Notes: generated by a model from the sequence alone, not told the origin. 64,000 bases of DNA from an uncultured Verrucomicrobiae bacterium (GCA_963764165.1 CAVXRD010000004.1:320001-384000); one strand, 5' to 3'. Positions 26,795-38,262 are shown, counted from the first letter of the stretch. Made by a program: numbers and translations.

Positions 26795-29254
26795 ATGACC
26801 TTCACCACTCTCCAGATCGGCGCGAAAGAAATGTCCCTGGCGGATTGGGGCATTTCCACCTGCAGCCGCGAGGTCAGCAATCAAATGCACGATCATATCG
26901 CGTTCGATATGATGCAGCCCGCCGATGCCGCCGATCCCATTGCCTACGGCGCTCAGGTGATTTTGCGAATCGGCCGCATGGCCAAAGGCACCGGGTTGAA
27001 CGCGCAGAATCTCCCCATTTCCGGCAACACGAATTGGAGCAACGGCAAAGTCTTTTTCGTCGGCTGGCGCGTCGAGAATCTCCGCACCGGCGATCCTGCG
27101 CTGGAAAAAATGGATCTGAAATTCGCCGGGCCGTGGGAGTTTTTCTTTGAGCGCCTCGTCTTCCAAAAACTCTTTGCCACCTACAACGGCACCGCCAACG
27201 TCGCGGATTGGCGAAGCCAGATTGTCCTCGGCCAAAGCGTCAACGCGCTCATCGGCCCGAATGACACCGTCGCGGGAAGCAGCGCGACAAACCTGATGTC
27301 GATCCGCCAGCAAGTGGCCGAGATCATCGCCTACGTCGTCGCGCAAACCACAGCGGTCTATGGAGCCGCCCAAGTGCAGTCCGACCCGCTGGAAGCCGAA
27401 ATAGACGGCACCAATTGGGATTTATACGAGGCACCCGGACCCAATTTGCTCATTCCCGATTACATCCCCGGCTACGAAGAAAGCGGGCAAACCAGCGGCA
27501 GCGCCAACATGAAAACCGTGCTCCGCGCCCCGCTCGAATCTGTCAACGATATTACCTGCGCGGAGGCATTGCGCCATCAATTGAAATGGATCGGCCCGAT
27601 GGGCGAAGCGGCTGTTTGGTTCGATTACACCACAACGCTCGCCGGCGCTGTTTGCCCGACGCTGAAAATTTGCACCCGCGATCAACTGCCATCGATCAGC
27701 GTGCCAATGGTGGGACAGAACGCCGGTTTCAAAATCAAGCGCCGCGACGATATCATTCCCAGCGCCGTGGCCTTGAAATTCCGCATCAGCGGAACATTCG
27801 ACGACGCGCAATACGTTCAGGTTGAGAATGACATCGCCGCCGTCGTCAACGGCACGCTCTACGAAGGCATCGGCATCACCGGCGCACTCTACACCGCCGC
27901 CAGCTTCGCGAGTGACACTCCCGTTTTCATCGGCGGCGCGGCCAATAGCGCCACGATGCAAGCGCTGCAAAACGCCGGGCGCACCTTCGCCAGCGTCACT
28001 GCCACCTTTGACATGGAAGGAGACAGCAACAAGCTCGCCCGCTGCCTCATCAAGACGATGGCCGTCAACATCAACGATCCGAGCACGGATTCGAGCGCGA
28101 TTCCGTTCTGGCAAAAAGTTTTTCCCGAGTTCAAATCACTCACCGCGCAGCCCTCGATCTTTTCCGGCTCGTCCGTCTCAGTGACCGTCGACGACTCGGG
28201 CGACGCTGACGACGGCAACACGGTTGACCTGTCCACATATCAATACTTGCTGACCGACGGCCAGGTCGCGCCGTGGATGCTCGCAGGCAACGCGCCTGGC
28301 GGCGCGGGCGCGCAAGTGGTGCAAGCCTCGATCAATGTCAAATGGGACATCGAGGAAAACACCGTCAGCGGATCAACCAACCTGAACTTGGGCCACAAGC
28401 CGTATAAAGAAAAAACCGCCCGCGTCACACTGATCAGCATTCCGGGCGGGCTGTATCAGACACAAGTCAGCTTCAGTCTCGGCGAAGTCATTCCCTACGG
28501 CCTTGCCGGATTCATTTACAACATCGCGAGCATCCCGCATTTCGAGGGCAGTTTCAGTGTGCAGGAAAACGAGATCACCGACGTCTGCCCGATGGGCAAC
28601 AATTTCAACATCAGCGCCGGCCGCGCCGAATGGGCGGCGATGAACGCCAGCGTGCAGAACATCACCTACGATTTGACTGCCGGAAAAACCACGCTCGTAT
28701 TCGGCCCCGCTGGCCATTTGGGCGCGAAAGATTTAGTCGAGCGCCTGCGCATCAATCGCGGCCCGCGCTCGATCTACACGATTGGCTGGAACATTGGCAA
28801 CGACGCCAACGCCCAGCCCGGCGTGCAGCTCGGAAGCAACGTCGCCCAGCGCGGCCCGTCCGCTGGCTCGGAGAGTTTTGATCACGTCATCCACCCGGCG
28901 AGCTTGTCCGACCTCGGCAGCTACACCTACAGCCACGGCGTCCCCGGCGTGACAATTGACAACCGAAGCAGCGGCCAGCCTAACTACGGCAACGGCTCTG
29001 GATTGAGCGCCCCGACCGGCCCGGGTATTTTCGTGGCCGTGGGATCAGGCGGAACACTGTCAAGCTGGATACGCATTTCCACATCCGATCTTCCCAGCGG
29101 CACCGAAGTTTCACTGGCCGGTTTGCCCAGCGGCACCAACATCATCGCCTTCCAGCAACTCAGTTGGAGCCAATGCGTCAACATTGGCGGCACACCCACT
29201 ATGAAGACCTACAGCATGTATGTCTGGGGAAGCCCGCCCGTCGAAACATCGTAA
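26795..29254 (+). CDS. putative tail tip/baseplate hub protein
   Basis: 819 aa in the tail module; VQNITYDLTAGKTTLVFG resembles hub OB-fold ends. Confidence 0.6.
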   Translation: MTFTTLQIGAKEMSLADWGISTCSREVSNQMHDHIAFDMMQPADAADPIAYGAQVILRIGRMAKGTGLNAQNLPISGNTNWSNGKVFFVGWRVENLRTGDPALEKMDLKFAGPWEFFFERLVFQKLFATYNGTANVADWRSQIVLGQSVNALIGPNDTVAGSSATNLMSIRQQVAEIIAYVVAQTTAVYGAAQVQSDPLEAEIDGTNWDLYEAPGPNLLIPDYIPGYEESGQTSGSANMKTVLRAPLESVNDITCAEALRHQLKWIGPMGEAAVWFDYTTTLAGAVCPTLKICTRDQLPSISVPMVGQNAGFKIKRRDDIIPSAVALKFRISGTFDDAQYVQVENDIAAVVNGTLYEGIGITGALYTAASFASDTPVFIGGAANSATMQALQNAGRTFASVTATFDMEGDSNKLARCLIKTMAVNINDPSTDSSAIPFWQKVFPEFKSLTAQPSIFSGSSVSVTVDDSGDADDGNTVDLSTYQYLLTDGQVAPWMLAGNAPGGAGAQVVQASINVKWDIEENTVSGSTNLNLGHKPYKEKTARVTLISIPGGLYQTQVSFSLGEVIPYGLAGFIYNIASIPHFEGSFSVQENEITDVCPMGNNFNISAGRAEWAAMNASVQNITYDLTAGKTTLVFGPAGHLGAKDLVERLRINRGPRSIYTIGWNIGNDANAQPGVQLGSNVAQRGPSAGSESFDHVIHPASLSDLGSYTYSHGVPGVTIDNRSSGQPNYGNGSGLSAPTGPGIFVAVGSGGTLSSWIRISTSDLPSGTEVSLAGLPSGTNIIAFQQLSWSQCVNIGGTPTMKTYSMYVWGSPPVETS

Positions 29255-29258
29255 AGTT

Positions 29259-30005
29259 ATGGCGACGGCAGACATGCGAATTAGCACCGGTTGCGCCTGC
29301 GCTCCATGCTCTTTGATGATGCGGTGCGTCGGCGGCGAGCTAGGCCCTGGCGGCGATCCAACCAACATCATCAACTGGACGGACGCCTACGACATCACCA
29401 CGGTGGATTGGGGTGTTCGTTTGACGGGATATTTCAGCGATCCGGGCCACACATCCCCGGATAATCTGGCGACCAATGGTTGCACATCCGGCATTGGCTA
29501 CCCGGAAAATTTCACGCAATGCGTCGGATGGAATGCGGACTTTACATCGTGCGTTTGCTGCCAGCCATGCAGTGTGCCGACGGTCTATAAATCGCAATTC
29601 TACCTGCCGCTGCCGACCGCTTACTACGTGATCGCCTACGGCACGAGCATCAGCCTCACCGAGGAACCGAACTGCGGCGAGAGCGTCAACTGGTTTTCGC
29701 AAGGCTGCATTTACCCCCAGCAATCCGCCGATCAATACCCCATGATCGTCGACCTTCCAATTCCTGACGTGACGCTTGATGACACCATCCAAGTTCAGCA
29801 ATATTGGCTTGGAATTATTCAGCCCGGCGCAAGCCTGCCGACTTACGGAATCTTCGGCTCCGGCAACATGAGCATCCTGCCTGACCTCACCAGCATCACT
29901 CCGAGCAACGCCGGTTATTCCGGCAGCGGCCCAAGCTGGAACCCAAGCCAAACGTGCGACGGACCGACCGTCGATCCGTTCACCGGCGCATCAGAATGGC
30001 CATGA
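29259..30005 (+). CDS. Cys-rich hypothetical tail-region protein
   Basis: GCACAPC, SCVCCQPC; ATG 5 nt after the previous stop. Confidence 0.65.
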   Translation: MATADMRISTGCACAPCSLMMRCVGGELGPGGDPTNIINWTDAYDITTVDWGVRLTGYFSDPGHTSPDNLATNGCTSGIGYPENFTQCVGWNADFTSCVCCQPCSVPTVYKSQFYLPLPTAYYVIAYGTSISLTEEPNCGESVNWFSQGCIYPQQSADQYPMIVDLPIPDVTLDDTIQVQQYWLGIIQPGASLPTYGIFGSGNMSILPDLTSITPSNAGYSGSGPSWNPSQTCDGPTVDPFTGASEWP

Positions 30006-30334
30006 AATATCTTCCCATGAAACACGCGCCAAAAGCCGCCGCAGCCCGCAAGCCCGGCTATCTCGAAGCGTGCCTCAAGCGCGGGCAAATTGTGACAATC
30101 AGAGGCGAGCAATATTTGCAAATGAGCGAAGCATCATTCGAGGCGCTTCGCCGCGAATTTTCTTTTGACGGTCGCGGCCTTGGCGACTTGGTCGAGAAGC
30201 TCGCCAAACCCGTCGCCAAAGCGCTGAAGCGCCCCTGCATCAAGCAGGACGGCACACTCAGGCCGGAAAGTGCCTGCGCCAAGCGAAGGAGGCTGCTCAA
30301 CAAATTAGTCCCATCCCTCCCATTCTTCACCTAA
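30002..30334 (+). CDS. hypothetical phage protein
   Basis: RGLGDLVEKLAKPVAKAL...C...CAKRRRLLN; ATGA overlap. Confidence 0.7.
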   Translation: MKYLPMKHAPKAAAARKPGYLEACLKRGQIVTIRGEQYLQMSEASFEALRREFSFDGRGLGDLVEKLAKPVAKALKRPCIKQDGTLRPESACAKRRRLLNKLVPSLPFFT

Positions 30335-30348
30335 CTCCCATCAAAATT

Positions 30349-31875
30349 ATGGCCGATTTCCAAGTAAAGATCACGACGCCAGCGCAATTTGAAGGCGCAA
30401 AAGCTCTCGCCGAGCAGCTCGAAAAGGACATCTACAAGGCGCAATTACTCGGCAAAGAATTCGCGGATTTGGAAGAACAGCAAAAGAGAGTCCAAGGCGC
30501 AATCGCCGGAGCCAGCGAAGAAGCGAAAAAAGGCGTGGACGGCCTGGAATTAAGCCACCGCGATCTAAAAGAATCCATGCGTGCCGTCAGCCAGGCCGCA
30601 GGCGGACTCGGCGAAGTGGGCTTGCTGCTGAGCGGCCCGACCGCCGTCGTGTTCGTCCTCGTGACCGCCTTCGAGAAATTGCAAGAGGCGATCAAAGAGG
30701 CGACCGAGGACGCGGTGGAATCTGCCCGCGCCATGCGTGAGTTCGACGCGACCAAAGTCGAGGCAGTTGCGGACGCCGCCCGCAACATGGCCACGGCCAT
30801 GCAGCAATACTTAACCGCGCAATCAGATGCCGCGCACGGCATCGCTGCCATGGTCGCCGCCGCCAGGCAACAATCGAACCAGCGGCTTGCGGAGATCAAC
30901 GCTGAAATCGACGCCACCAAACAGTTGAACGCGGCCCGCCAAAAATTGGCAGACGCCGAAGTAGATCGCATGGTGGAAATGGGCAGTATTTCAAGGGAAG
31001 AGGGAGAGCGCCGCAAGCACATGAACGAAGAGCAGAACAGCGCCGCCAATGCCAGTTTGGAAGCGCAAAAAAGGCAGGCCGCCATCGCCGAAGAAAAGCG
31101 CGAACTGGACGAAGCCAAAAAGCGACTGCCAACAGAACAGAGCGAATTGCAGGCTTCTTCTGACCGCGCCAATTCCAGCGCCGAGCAAGACCGGCTGCAG
31201 CATCAGGAGGACGAAGCCAAAAAGAAGGCGGAAGAAGCCAGAAAAAAAAGCGATGCAACGGCAGGCACTGCGCAGGTGGATCAAGAGCATCCGATTTGGG
31301 CCGTCGCCAAGGAAATGGCGACATTCGGCAACCGCAATTGGGGCCAGATTATGGCCGACGAAAAACGAGCGGCGGAAGCTCAAGCCAAATATGCCGATCT
31401 TCTTGAATCCCGCGCCAAATTCCTCGCCGAACAAATTGAAGAGGAAAAACGCCATCGCGAAGAAGCCAAGAAAAAGGCCGATGAACTGCAGGCGCAAATC
31501 ATCGCTGATCAAAAGACCGCCGCCACTTTGCCCAGCAAAATCGCGAGCGACCAGCGCATAGCCGCCACCCTCGCCGCCGCCGCTGCCGCCGCCAATCAGG
31601 CAGGCGCGCAAACCCACGCCACGCAGGAAGGCGCGGCCCACGATCAGCAGGTCAATCGAGCAACTGGATTAGATCAAGCCCGCCAGCAACTGGACAGCGC
31701 CCGAATCGGCGTGGAAGCGCATACAGAATCATCGCGCCACTTGGATGCCATGATTGAGGAATTCATGATGATGGCCCGCCATTTCCATGGCCGCCTTGCC
31801 ACCGCCGAAGCCAAATACGAGCAATACGCACAAGAAGCCCGCGAGTTGCGAAGCATGGTAATAAGTGGCCGATAA
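30349..31875 (+). CDS. tape-measure-like coiled-coil protein
   Basis: MADFQVKITT start, Ala/Glu/Lys/Gln-rich helix with one hydrophobic segment (VGLLLSGPTAVVFVLVTAF). Confidence 0.65.
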   Translation: MADFQVKITTPAQFEGAKALAEQLEKDIYKAQLLGKEFADLEEQQKRVQGAIAGASEEAKKGVDGLELSHRDLKESMRAVSQAAGGLGEVGLLLSGPTAVVFVLVTAFEKLQEAIKEATEDAVESARAMREFDATKVEAVADAARNMATAMQQYLTAQSDAAHGIAAMVAAARQQSNQRLAEINAEIDATKQLNAARQKLADAEVDRMVEMGSISREEGERRKHMNEEQNSAANASLEAQKRQAAIAEEKRELDEAKKRLPTEQSELQASSDRANSSAEQDRLQHQEDEAKKKAEEARKKSDATAGTAQVDQEHPIWAVAKEMATFGNRNWGQIMADEKRAAEAQAKYADLLESRAKFLAEQIEEEKRHREEAKKKADELQAQIIADQKTAATLPSKIASDQRIAATLAAAAAAANQAGAQTHATQEGAAHDQQVNRATGLDQARQQLDSARIGVEAHTESSRHLDAMIEEFMMMARHFHGRLATAEAKYEQYAQEARELRSMVISGR

Positions 31876-31989
31876 ACCACGTTGCAACATCGTTTCAACG
31901 CCGTTTTTTCGACGCTCGCCGCTACGGGCATTATTCCAATAGTGTCCCAAACCTTTGCACAACCGTCCCAAACCTCGCGCCGCATTACG
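31876..31989. repeat. prophage right end with tandem transposase-binding-like repeats
   Basis: GTCCCAAACCT at 31944 and 31965 (21-bp period); CGTTGCAAC/CGTTTCAAC at 31880/31891. Confidence 0.75.
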
Positions 31990-34900
31990 TCGGGTGCCAG
32001 GCCGCCCGCGCGGATGCGATGCTGGAATTGTTCCAACTCACCTGGCCACAGATTACGCAAAAGATGCCGGAAATCGCCGAGGCGGGTTATGACAGCCTTT
32101 GGGTGCCCAATCCAGCCAAGGGCAACAGCGGCGCATCTTCCGTTGGCTACGATGTGTTCGACCCGTTCGACCTGGGCAGTGTGAACCAGCAAGGCACCGT
32201 CGCGACGATGTATGGCACTGAGGCGGAACTGATTCAAATGGTGCAGATGGCCCATCGCTTCGGCATTCGCGTTTACTTCGATAATGTGATGAATCACCGG
32301 GCGTTCACTGTTCCGGGTTACCCCGGATCGGGCACGTCGACGAACTATTATCCCGGCCTCGTTCCGGCAGATTTTCATTTCCAAACTGTTTCCGGAGGAT
32401 ACGAAAATTGGCCTGCGGTCAGCGAATGGTGCGATGTGCAGAATGTCGAAAATCAACCGTTGCTCGGCCTCTGCGATCTGGCGAACGAACCCGGTTCGGT
32501 GAATTGGAATTTCGGGCCGAATCTCGGTGATACGACGAACAAGCCCGTGTTCGTTCGCTTCCCGGGACGGCCGGATCTCTATATGGACACGAACGGGCCG
32601 TTTCTCGGGACGGGATGGGCGGCGACGGGGTGGCGTCCCTTTGACGGCCATGGACAGCCGGTGGCGGAGGATGTTTCACAGTATCTTTGCCGCGCGGTCG
32701 CGTGGACGCTTTACACGACGAAATGCGACGGCTTTCGTCTTGACGCGGTGAAACATGTCCCGGTTGATTTCTTCGGCGGCGAAACCGGCCAGACGGATGA
32801 CCCGCAATTTCTCGGCTACACCGGCGCGATTCAGGCGATGTTTGACTATGTCCACGGTTACGGCAGCAATGTTACCGGCAACGGCTACGTTGAAACCGAT
32901 GGCAATCGCAACAGCCTGTTCAACACCGAAGCGCCTCGCAACGATGCCATGATCTTCGGCGAATACGAGCCCTCCGCCCTCGCGGCGGGCGAAGACTTTA
33001 ACGATTATTTGCAATCGGGCATGCGCCTGTTGAACTTCCCGCTCTACAGCCAAATGAACAGCGTTTTCGGCGGTGCGACGATGTCCGGCATGGACGGGCG
33101 CGACTTCGCCCCGCCGGGCGGAAACTGCGATGCGAATGGAAACTTCAGCGCTGCGCAAGCGGTGAATCTGCCGCAGTGCCAGGACAGCGGCAGTTGCTGC
33201 CCGGCCAATCAGCCGATGGAGGATGCCTACTTCTTCATGCACGAAGGCATGCCGATGGTTTACACCGACGGCTTCAATCACAACACGAACGGCGGCACGC
33301 CGATTGTGTCGTATGCGAATTTCCTCGGCGAATTTGGCGACAACACGATTCCGGACACAATGTTCGTCCACAATCAACTTTCTCGCGGCGGCACCTGGTC
33401 GCGGTGGAGCGACCAGAACATCGTCATGTTCGAGCGCTACGATTATCGCGAGGGCAATTCCGGCCAGCCGCAGACACAGGCCGTGGCGCTTTTTGGCATG
33501 AACGACAAGACGAATTATCCGGGCGATATTTCATTTGACGACGGCATCAATCGTCCGAGTGACGGCTTTTACCAAAACCCTTCCAATACGACGTCGACTG
33601 CCGTCTCGAACTCGCGCGGCATAGGAATTGTGGTGGGTTTTCCGCCGGGCACAATTCTCGCGCAGCTCGCCAGCGCTTCTCCGACAGGAGGACGCGCCTA
33701 CCAGAAATTGCTGGTTCACGGGGCGACCACGAATTATCAGGCCGCCTTGAATTCCGCCAGCGTCGCGAATCCAGCCCAGCGCTTGATTTATATTGGCGGC
33801 CAGACGCCCGCTCCCGGAGGCGGCGCGATTGAGCTGACGATACCGAGCGATTCGTGGGTCATGTACGGTTTGCAATGGCCGGAGGCGAGCCGCGTGGCGC
33901 TGACGGACGCCATTGAGTTTCGCCAAGGTGGAAACATCGTCCCGCGCATGACGGTTTACCGGACGGATGGCCCGAAGGGCGACACGAATTTCAATCCGCT
34001 TTATCCTTTCAAAATGCGCGGCCGAGTCGATCAAAACGGAAACGTCATCACTGGGCAAAACGTGAGCAATCTCACATATGCCATCGATGTCCCAATCCTG
34101 ACGAATGGTCCGTTCGACATCATAATCCGAAACGACGCGTCGTCCTCAAACACGCTGGTGAAACTGGACGGCGGCATCGATCTCAACAGCCAGATGGGCC
34201 TCGGCGTTTCCAATACATACACGGCGCAGGCGCTTGATTTGCGCGATAACAAGCCCGGCTACGCGGACGACGTTTTTTTGGGTTACGAGCAGAGCGCATT
34301 TGATTTTCGTTATGGCCCGGAAAAGTTTGCGGCCGAGAATGTCGTGCGCAACAACGTGACGGCATCGAATGCGGAAACTTACGCTTACATCGTCGGAGGA
34401 ACGAACTCCGTCGTGCCAGGGGCGGGAAACGGTAGCGCCATCACAAACAGCACCGCGACCTGGGTTTATCATAATCCAACCGACATCGTGAACATTGCCA
34501 GCGGCGCGCCGCCGACGCAGCTTAATCCGATCTCTCCCACCAACGGCCAATCCGTTGATGTTTGGGTTAAGGTCGGCTACCAATTTCAAATCAACCAATG
34601 CACGCTCTACTACACGGCGGACGGAACGGCTCCGCAGGGTTCGTTCGGCAGCGGCGCGGGCACCGCCAAAACCGTCGCCGGAGTTTGGATCGCGCACGAC
34701 CAAACGGATTCCACCATTGACTGGTGGAAGGCGACCATTCCCGGAAGCGTCAATACTAGCGGAAAAACGATTCGTTATTCGGTGGCCTTGTTCAACAACG
34801 CCATTCAGCCAATCACGAATGCTGTCGCCGATAAACTGTATGGCCTCACCGAAGCTTCGATAAACGCATTTAATCCGGCGACGGCCCTCGTTTGGACGGC

Positions 34901-36053
34901 CAATGACCTCAGCACCAATAATCTCGTGACTGGTTTGCAGTCCGGCATGCACATCGTTCGCGCCCGGACATTTCTTCCGCGCCCGGGGCAATCAAGCGCC
35001 TACAATACGTTTTCGAAATCTTTCTTTTTTGATGGCGCCACTCCGTCCGGCGTGATCGTTTCTCCGCCTTCAGGCTCAACCGTGACCAATGGCGCCTGCA
35101 CGATCATCGTCCGAGCGGATAGCTCGGCGACGGGTGCTTCCATCAATATCCAGGACAGCAACCAGGAGAACGACGACGCCGTCACCGGCTATCGTTTCGG
35201 CAACGGCAATCGGAATGGCGTTCCCACTTTCGTCAGCGCCCAGCCAGTGTCAACAACCACGCCCGCGCTTGACGCACTCTACCCGAATCTTCCGCAGGAA
35301 TACCACTTCACCTACCCCGCCGTGCCTTCCAGCGGCGCCGCCAATATCACCGTTCTGCTGAGCGAAATCACCACTCCAATTTTAACGAATCGAGTGACGA
35401 CACTGACTGATTCGTTTACAACGGCTGCGCCGCCGTCCACTTTGCAAATCACCGCGCCTGCCAGCGATGGAGCGGCACTTCTGCTCGGCTCGAATTCGAC
35501 TTACAACATACAGGCGTGCTTCACCTCGACGCTCGACACCAACAACATCACCGATTTCACAGTTTGGATTAACGGCGCCGAGCAGCCGCGCTTTGGAGCA
35601 AATCCCGGCTCGCCTTATTCCATCGGCGGTTCGGCTTGCGGAGCGGGAATGCGCACATTTAATTTCGCATGGAGCGCGCCGACGCCCGGCACCAACACGA
35701 TTCAAATCACGTTCGACGGCGATCAAGCATTAAACGCCCAGCGCACGGTTTTGGTTTTCGATCCGGCCAGCAGCTCCACGAATTTTGGATTGCCCGGTTA
35801 CGATTTTTACGTGGCAGGCTCCAATCCATCCAACACCAACACATGGCTTAGGATTACAAGCGTCAATCAGGGACTGGTCAGTTGGAACAGCGTCGCCGGG
35901 AAAACGTATGAAGTGCTCGCGAGCACAAACTTGAGCAGCGGATTCAAGGCAATCAGCCCAGTGCTGACGGCGGCGGGCACGAATACGACATACTTCGACA
36001 GCGCCTATACGAACGGGCCGGATCGATTCTATTTGATTCAAGTTTCTCCGTGA
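31990..36053 (+). pseudogene. secreted GH13 alpha-amylase-family protein, 5' end cut off by the prophage (intact ORF from ATG 32019)
   Basis: GYDVFDPFDLG, YFDNVMNH, DGFRLDAVKHV; in-frame GCQAARA-DA signal-peptide remnant before the ATG; C-terminal YEVLASTNL...RFYLIQV domain. Confidence 0.75.
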
Positions 36054-36173
36054 TGGCTGCTCGCGCCGCTGAGATATTGACAAGTGGCCGGACTCTGCCA
36101 ATCATGGGAATATGCCCGGCAGTTCCAGAAAAGCAGCGAAGTGCAGTTTCCTAAATATCGCCGCAATAACCCA

Positions 36174-37964
36174 ATGACACCATCACTTGCAGCAACCGGC
36201 TCGACGCTCACCGGTCTCGACTGGCTGGCGATCGCCATTTATTTCATCATTCTTCTCTTTGTCGCGTGGTGGGTCGTTAGCCGCCGGAAGGACACTGCCG
36301 CGGATTATTTCCTCGCCGGGCGCAATCTCAGTTGGTGGATTATTGGCGCCTCCATTTTTGCGTCAAACATCGGTTCCGAACACATTGTTGGATTGGCGGG
36401 ATCCGGGGCCAAAGACGGCGTTGCCCTGGCGCATTACGAGCTGCATGCCTGGTGCCTGCTTGTGCTGGCGTGGGTTTTTGTTCCGTTCTACGCCCGGTCG
36501 ATGGTCTTCACCATGCCGGAGTTTCTAGAAAAGCGATTTAGCACAAAATCGCGCTATGTCCTTTCTGTATCGTCCCTGCTGACGTTCATAGTTTCCAAAA
36601 TTGCGGTCGGGATATTTGCCGGCGGAGTGGTTTTCGGGACTCTTTTGCCGGAATTGAAGCTGGATGTGGCGGGGCTGCATTTGGACAGCTTTTGGATAGG
36701 GTCAATCGCGGTGATCATTTTGACCGGTCTTTACACGATGCTCGGAGGGATGCGCGCGGTGGCTTATAATGACGCCGTGCAGGTGGCTGTCCTGATTGGC
36801 GGCTCAGCCTTGTTGACATTTTACGGCCTGCATAGGCTGGGCGGATGGGGCGAGTTGAGGACTCTTTGCGGTTCTGACATGTTCAATTTATGGAAGCCAT
36901 TGGTGCCCGCCGGCCAGGTGGCGACATGGGCTCCAGTCAAGGAATTGGATCAGGCGGGGAATGTCGTGCGCCAGGCTTGGTATTTCAACGACAATTTCCC
37001 ATGGCTGGGAATGGCCATTTGCGCCCCTGTCATCGGCTTGTGGTATTGGTGCACAGATCAATATATCGTGCAGCGGGCATTGGGCGCGCCGAACGAAAGA
37101 GTGGCGCGCGATGGCAGCATTTTCGCCGCCTTCCTCAAGCTCTTTCCGGTGTATCTCTTCATCATTCCGGGCTTGATCTGCTTTGCCTTGGCGAAGAGCA
37201 ACAAGATTCCACCCTTGACGGAGGCGTTCAGCCAGCCCAACGGAGCGCAAGGCGCGTTCCCGCTGCTGGTTAAGTTTTTACTGCCGCCGGGACTGCGTGG
37301 GATCGTGGTGGCCGGCCTGCTTTCGGCGTTGATGGGATCCCTGGCGGGGGTTTTCAACGCATGTTCGACGCTTTTCACGGTGGACATCTACGAGAAGTGG
37401 CGTCCGAAAGCTTCGCAGCGGGAAATTGTCCGCATGGGCCGGATCGCAACCGGAGTGATGGCCGTCATCGCCATGGCCTGGATTCCGGTGGTGCGAGGGC
37501 AGCATGGGCTCTATGATTACCTGCAATCCGTTCAGGGTTATTTGGCCCCGCCGATTTTTGTCGTCTTTTTCTTCGGCGTTTTCTGGAAACGGCTCAATGC
37601 CGCCGGGTGTTTGTGGGCCATGATCATCGGGTTTGCGGTGGGTGTATTTCGCATGGTTGTGGACACGCTTTGCGCATTGAACCCGGGTTTCCATTACTCG
37701 GAAGGCTCGTTTTTTTGGATTGTCAACAATATCAATTTTCAATACTTCAGCATCCTCATTACAATTATCTCGGCAATCGCCATGGTGGTCTTCAGTTATT
37801 TGACGCCGCCGCCGGAGGCAGCAAAGATTGCAGGGCTCACCTTCGCCACCGCAACCGCCGGCGATAAGGAGCGGACTCGCGCAAGTTGGAGCGCGAAAGA
37901 GGTGGTGGCGTCCTGCCTCATATTATGTTGCATCTTGTTCGCTTACATCTATTTCCGAGGATGA
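36174..37964 (+). CDS. sodium:solute (sugar) symporter
   Basis: DYFLAGRNL, FASNIGSEH, TMPEFLEKRF, WYWCTDQYIVQRAL; many TM helices. Confidence 0.95.
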   Translation: MTPSLAATGSTLTGLDWLAIAIYFIILLFVAWWVVSRRKDTAADYFLAGRNLSWWIIGASIFASNIGSEHIVGLAGSGAKDGVALAHYELHAWCLLVLAWVFVPFYARSMVFTMPEFLEKRFSTKSRYVLSVSSLLTFIVSKIAVGIFAGGVVFGTLLPELKLDVAGLHLDSFWIGSIAVIILTGLYTMLGGMRAVAYNDAVQVAVLIGGSALLTFYGLHRLGGWGELRTLCGSDMFNLWKPLVPAGQVATWAPVKELDQAGNVVRQAWYFNDNFPWLGMAICAPVIGLWYWCTDQYIVQRALGAPNERVARDGSIFAAFLKLFPVYLFIIPGLICFALAKSNKIPPLTEAFSQPNGAQGAFPLLVKFLLPPGLRGIVVAGLLSALMGSLAGVFNACSTLFTVDIYEKWRPKASQREIVRMGRIATGVMAVIAMAWIPVVRGQHGLYDYLQSVQGYLAPPIFVVFFFGVFWKRLNAAGCLWAMIIGFAVGVFRMVVDTLCALNPGFHYSEGSFFWIVNNINFQYFSILITIISAIAMVVFSYLTPPPEAAKIAGLTFATATAGDKERTRASWSAKEVVASCLILCCILFAYIYFRG

Positions 37965-38215
37965 CATTTGGCGCAACAAATGCGGGTCATTCCACGCCTG
38001 CAGCTCAACGAATGGCGCCCGTTCTCAGGTCCAGTTTGCTCGCGGCTTGCAGCGCCCCTTCCGAAACCGTCCCTGCTATGCTGCTTTAATTTTCATCAGC
38101 TGCTTCCAATCACACCTCAAGCGGGTCTCGTCGGCGGAAACCGTTGCCCGCAATTGAACTTTGCGAGAGTGAGGTCGCATTTCCACGCGCAATTGAGGCA
38201 AATCACGCCTCGACT

Positions 38216-38259
38216 GGGACGCCTCGGGCGGAATTCCGCTTCCATCGGCGTCCCTGCCT
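38216..38259 (-). repeat. REP-like hairpin between convergent genes
   Basis: GGGACGCC...GGCGTCCCTGCCT. Confidence 0.65.
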
Positions 38260-38262
38260 TGC

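Noticed and set aside
22676..31875. Diversity-generating retroelement or invertible tail-fibre cassette
   Set aside because: No reverse transcriptase, invertase or template/variable repeat pair seen
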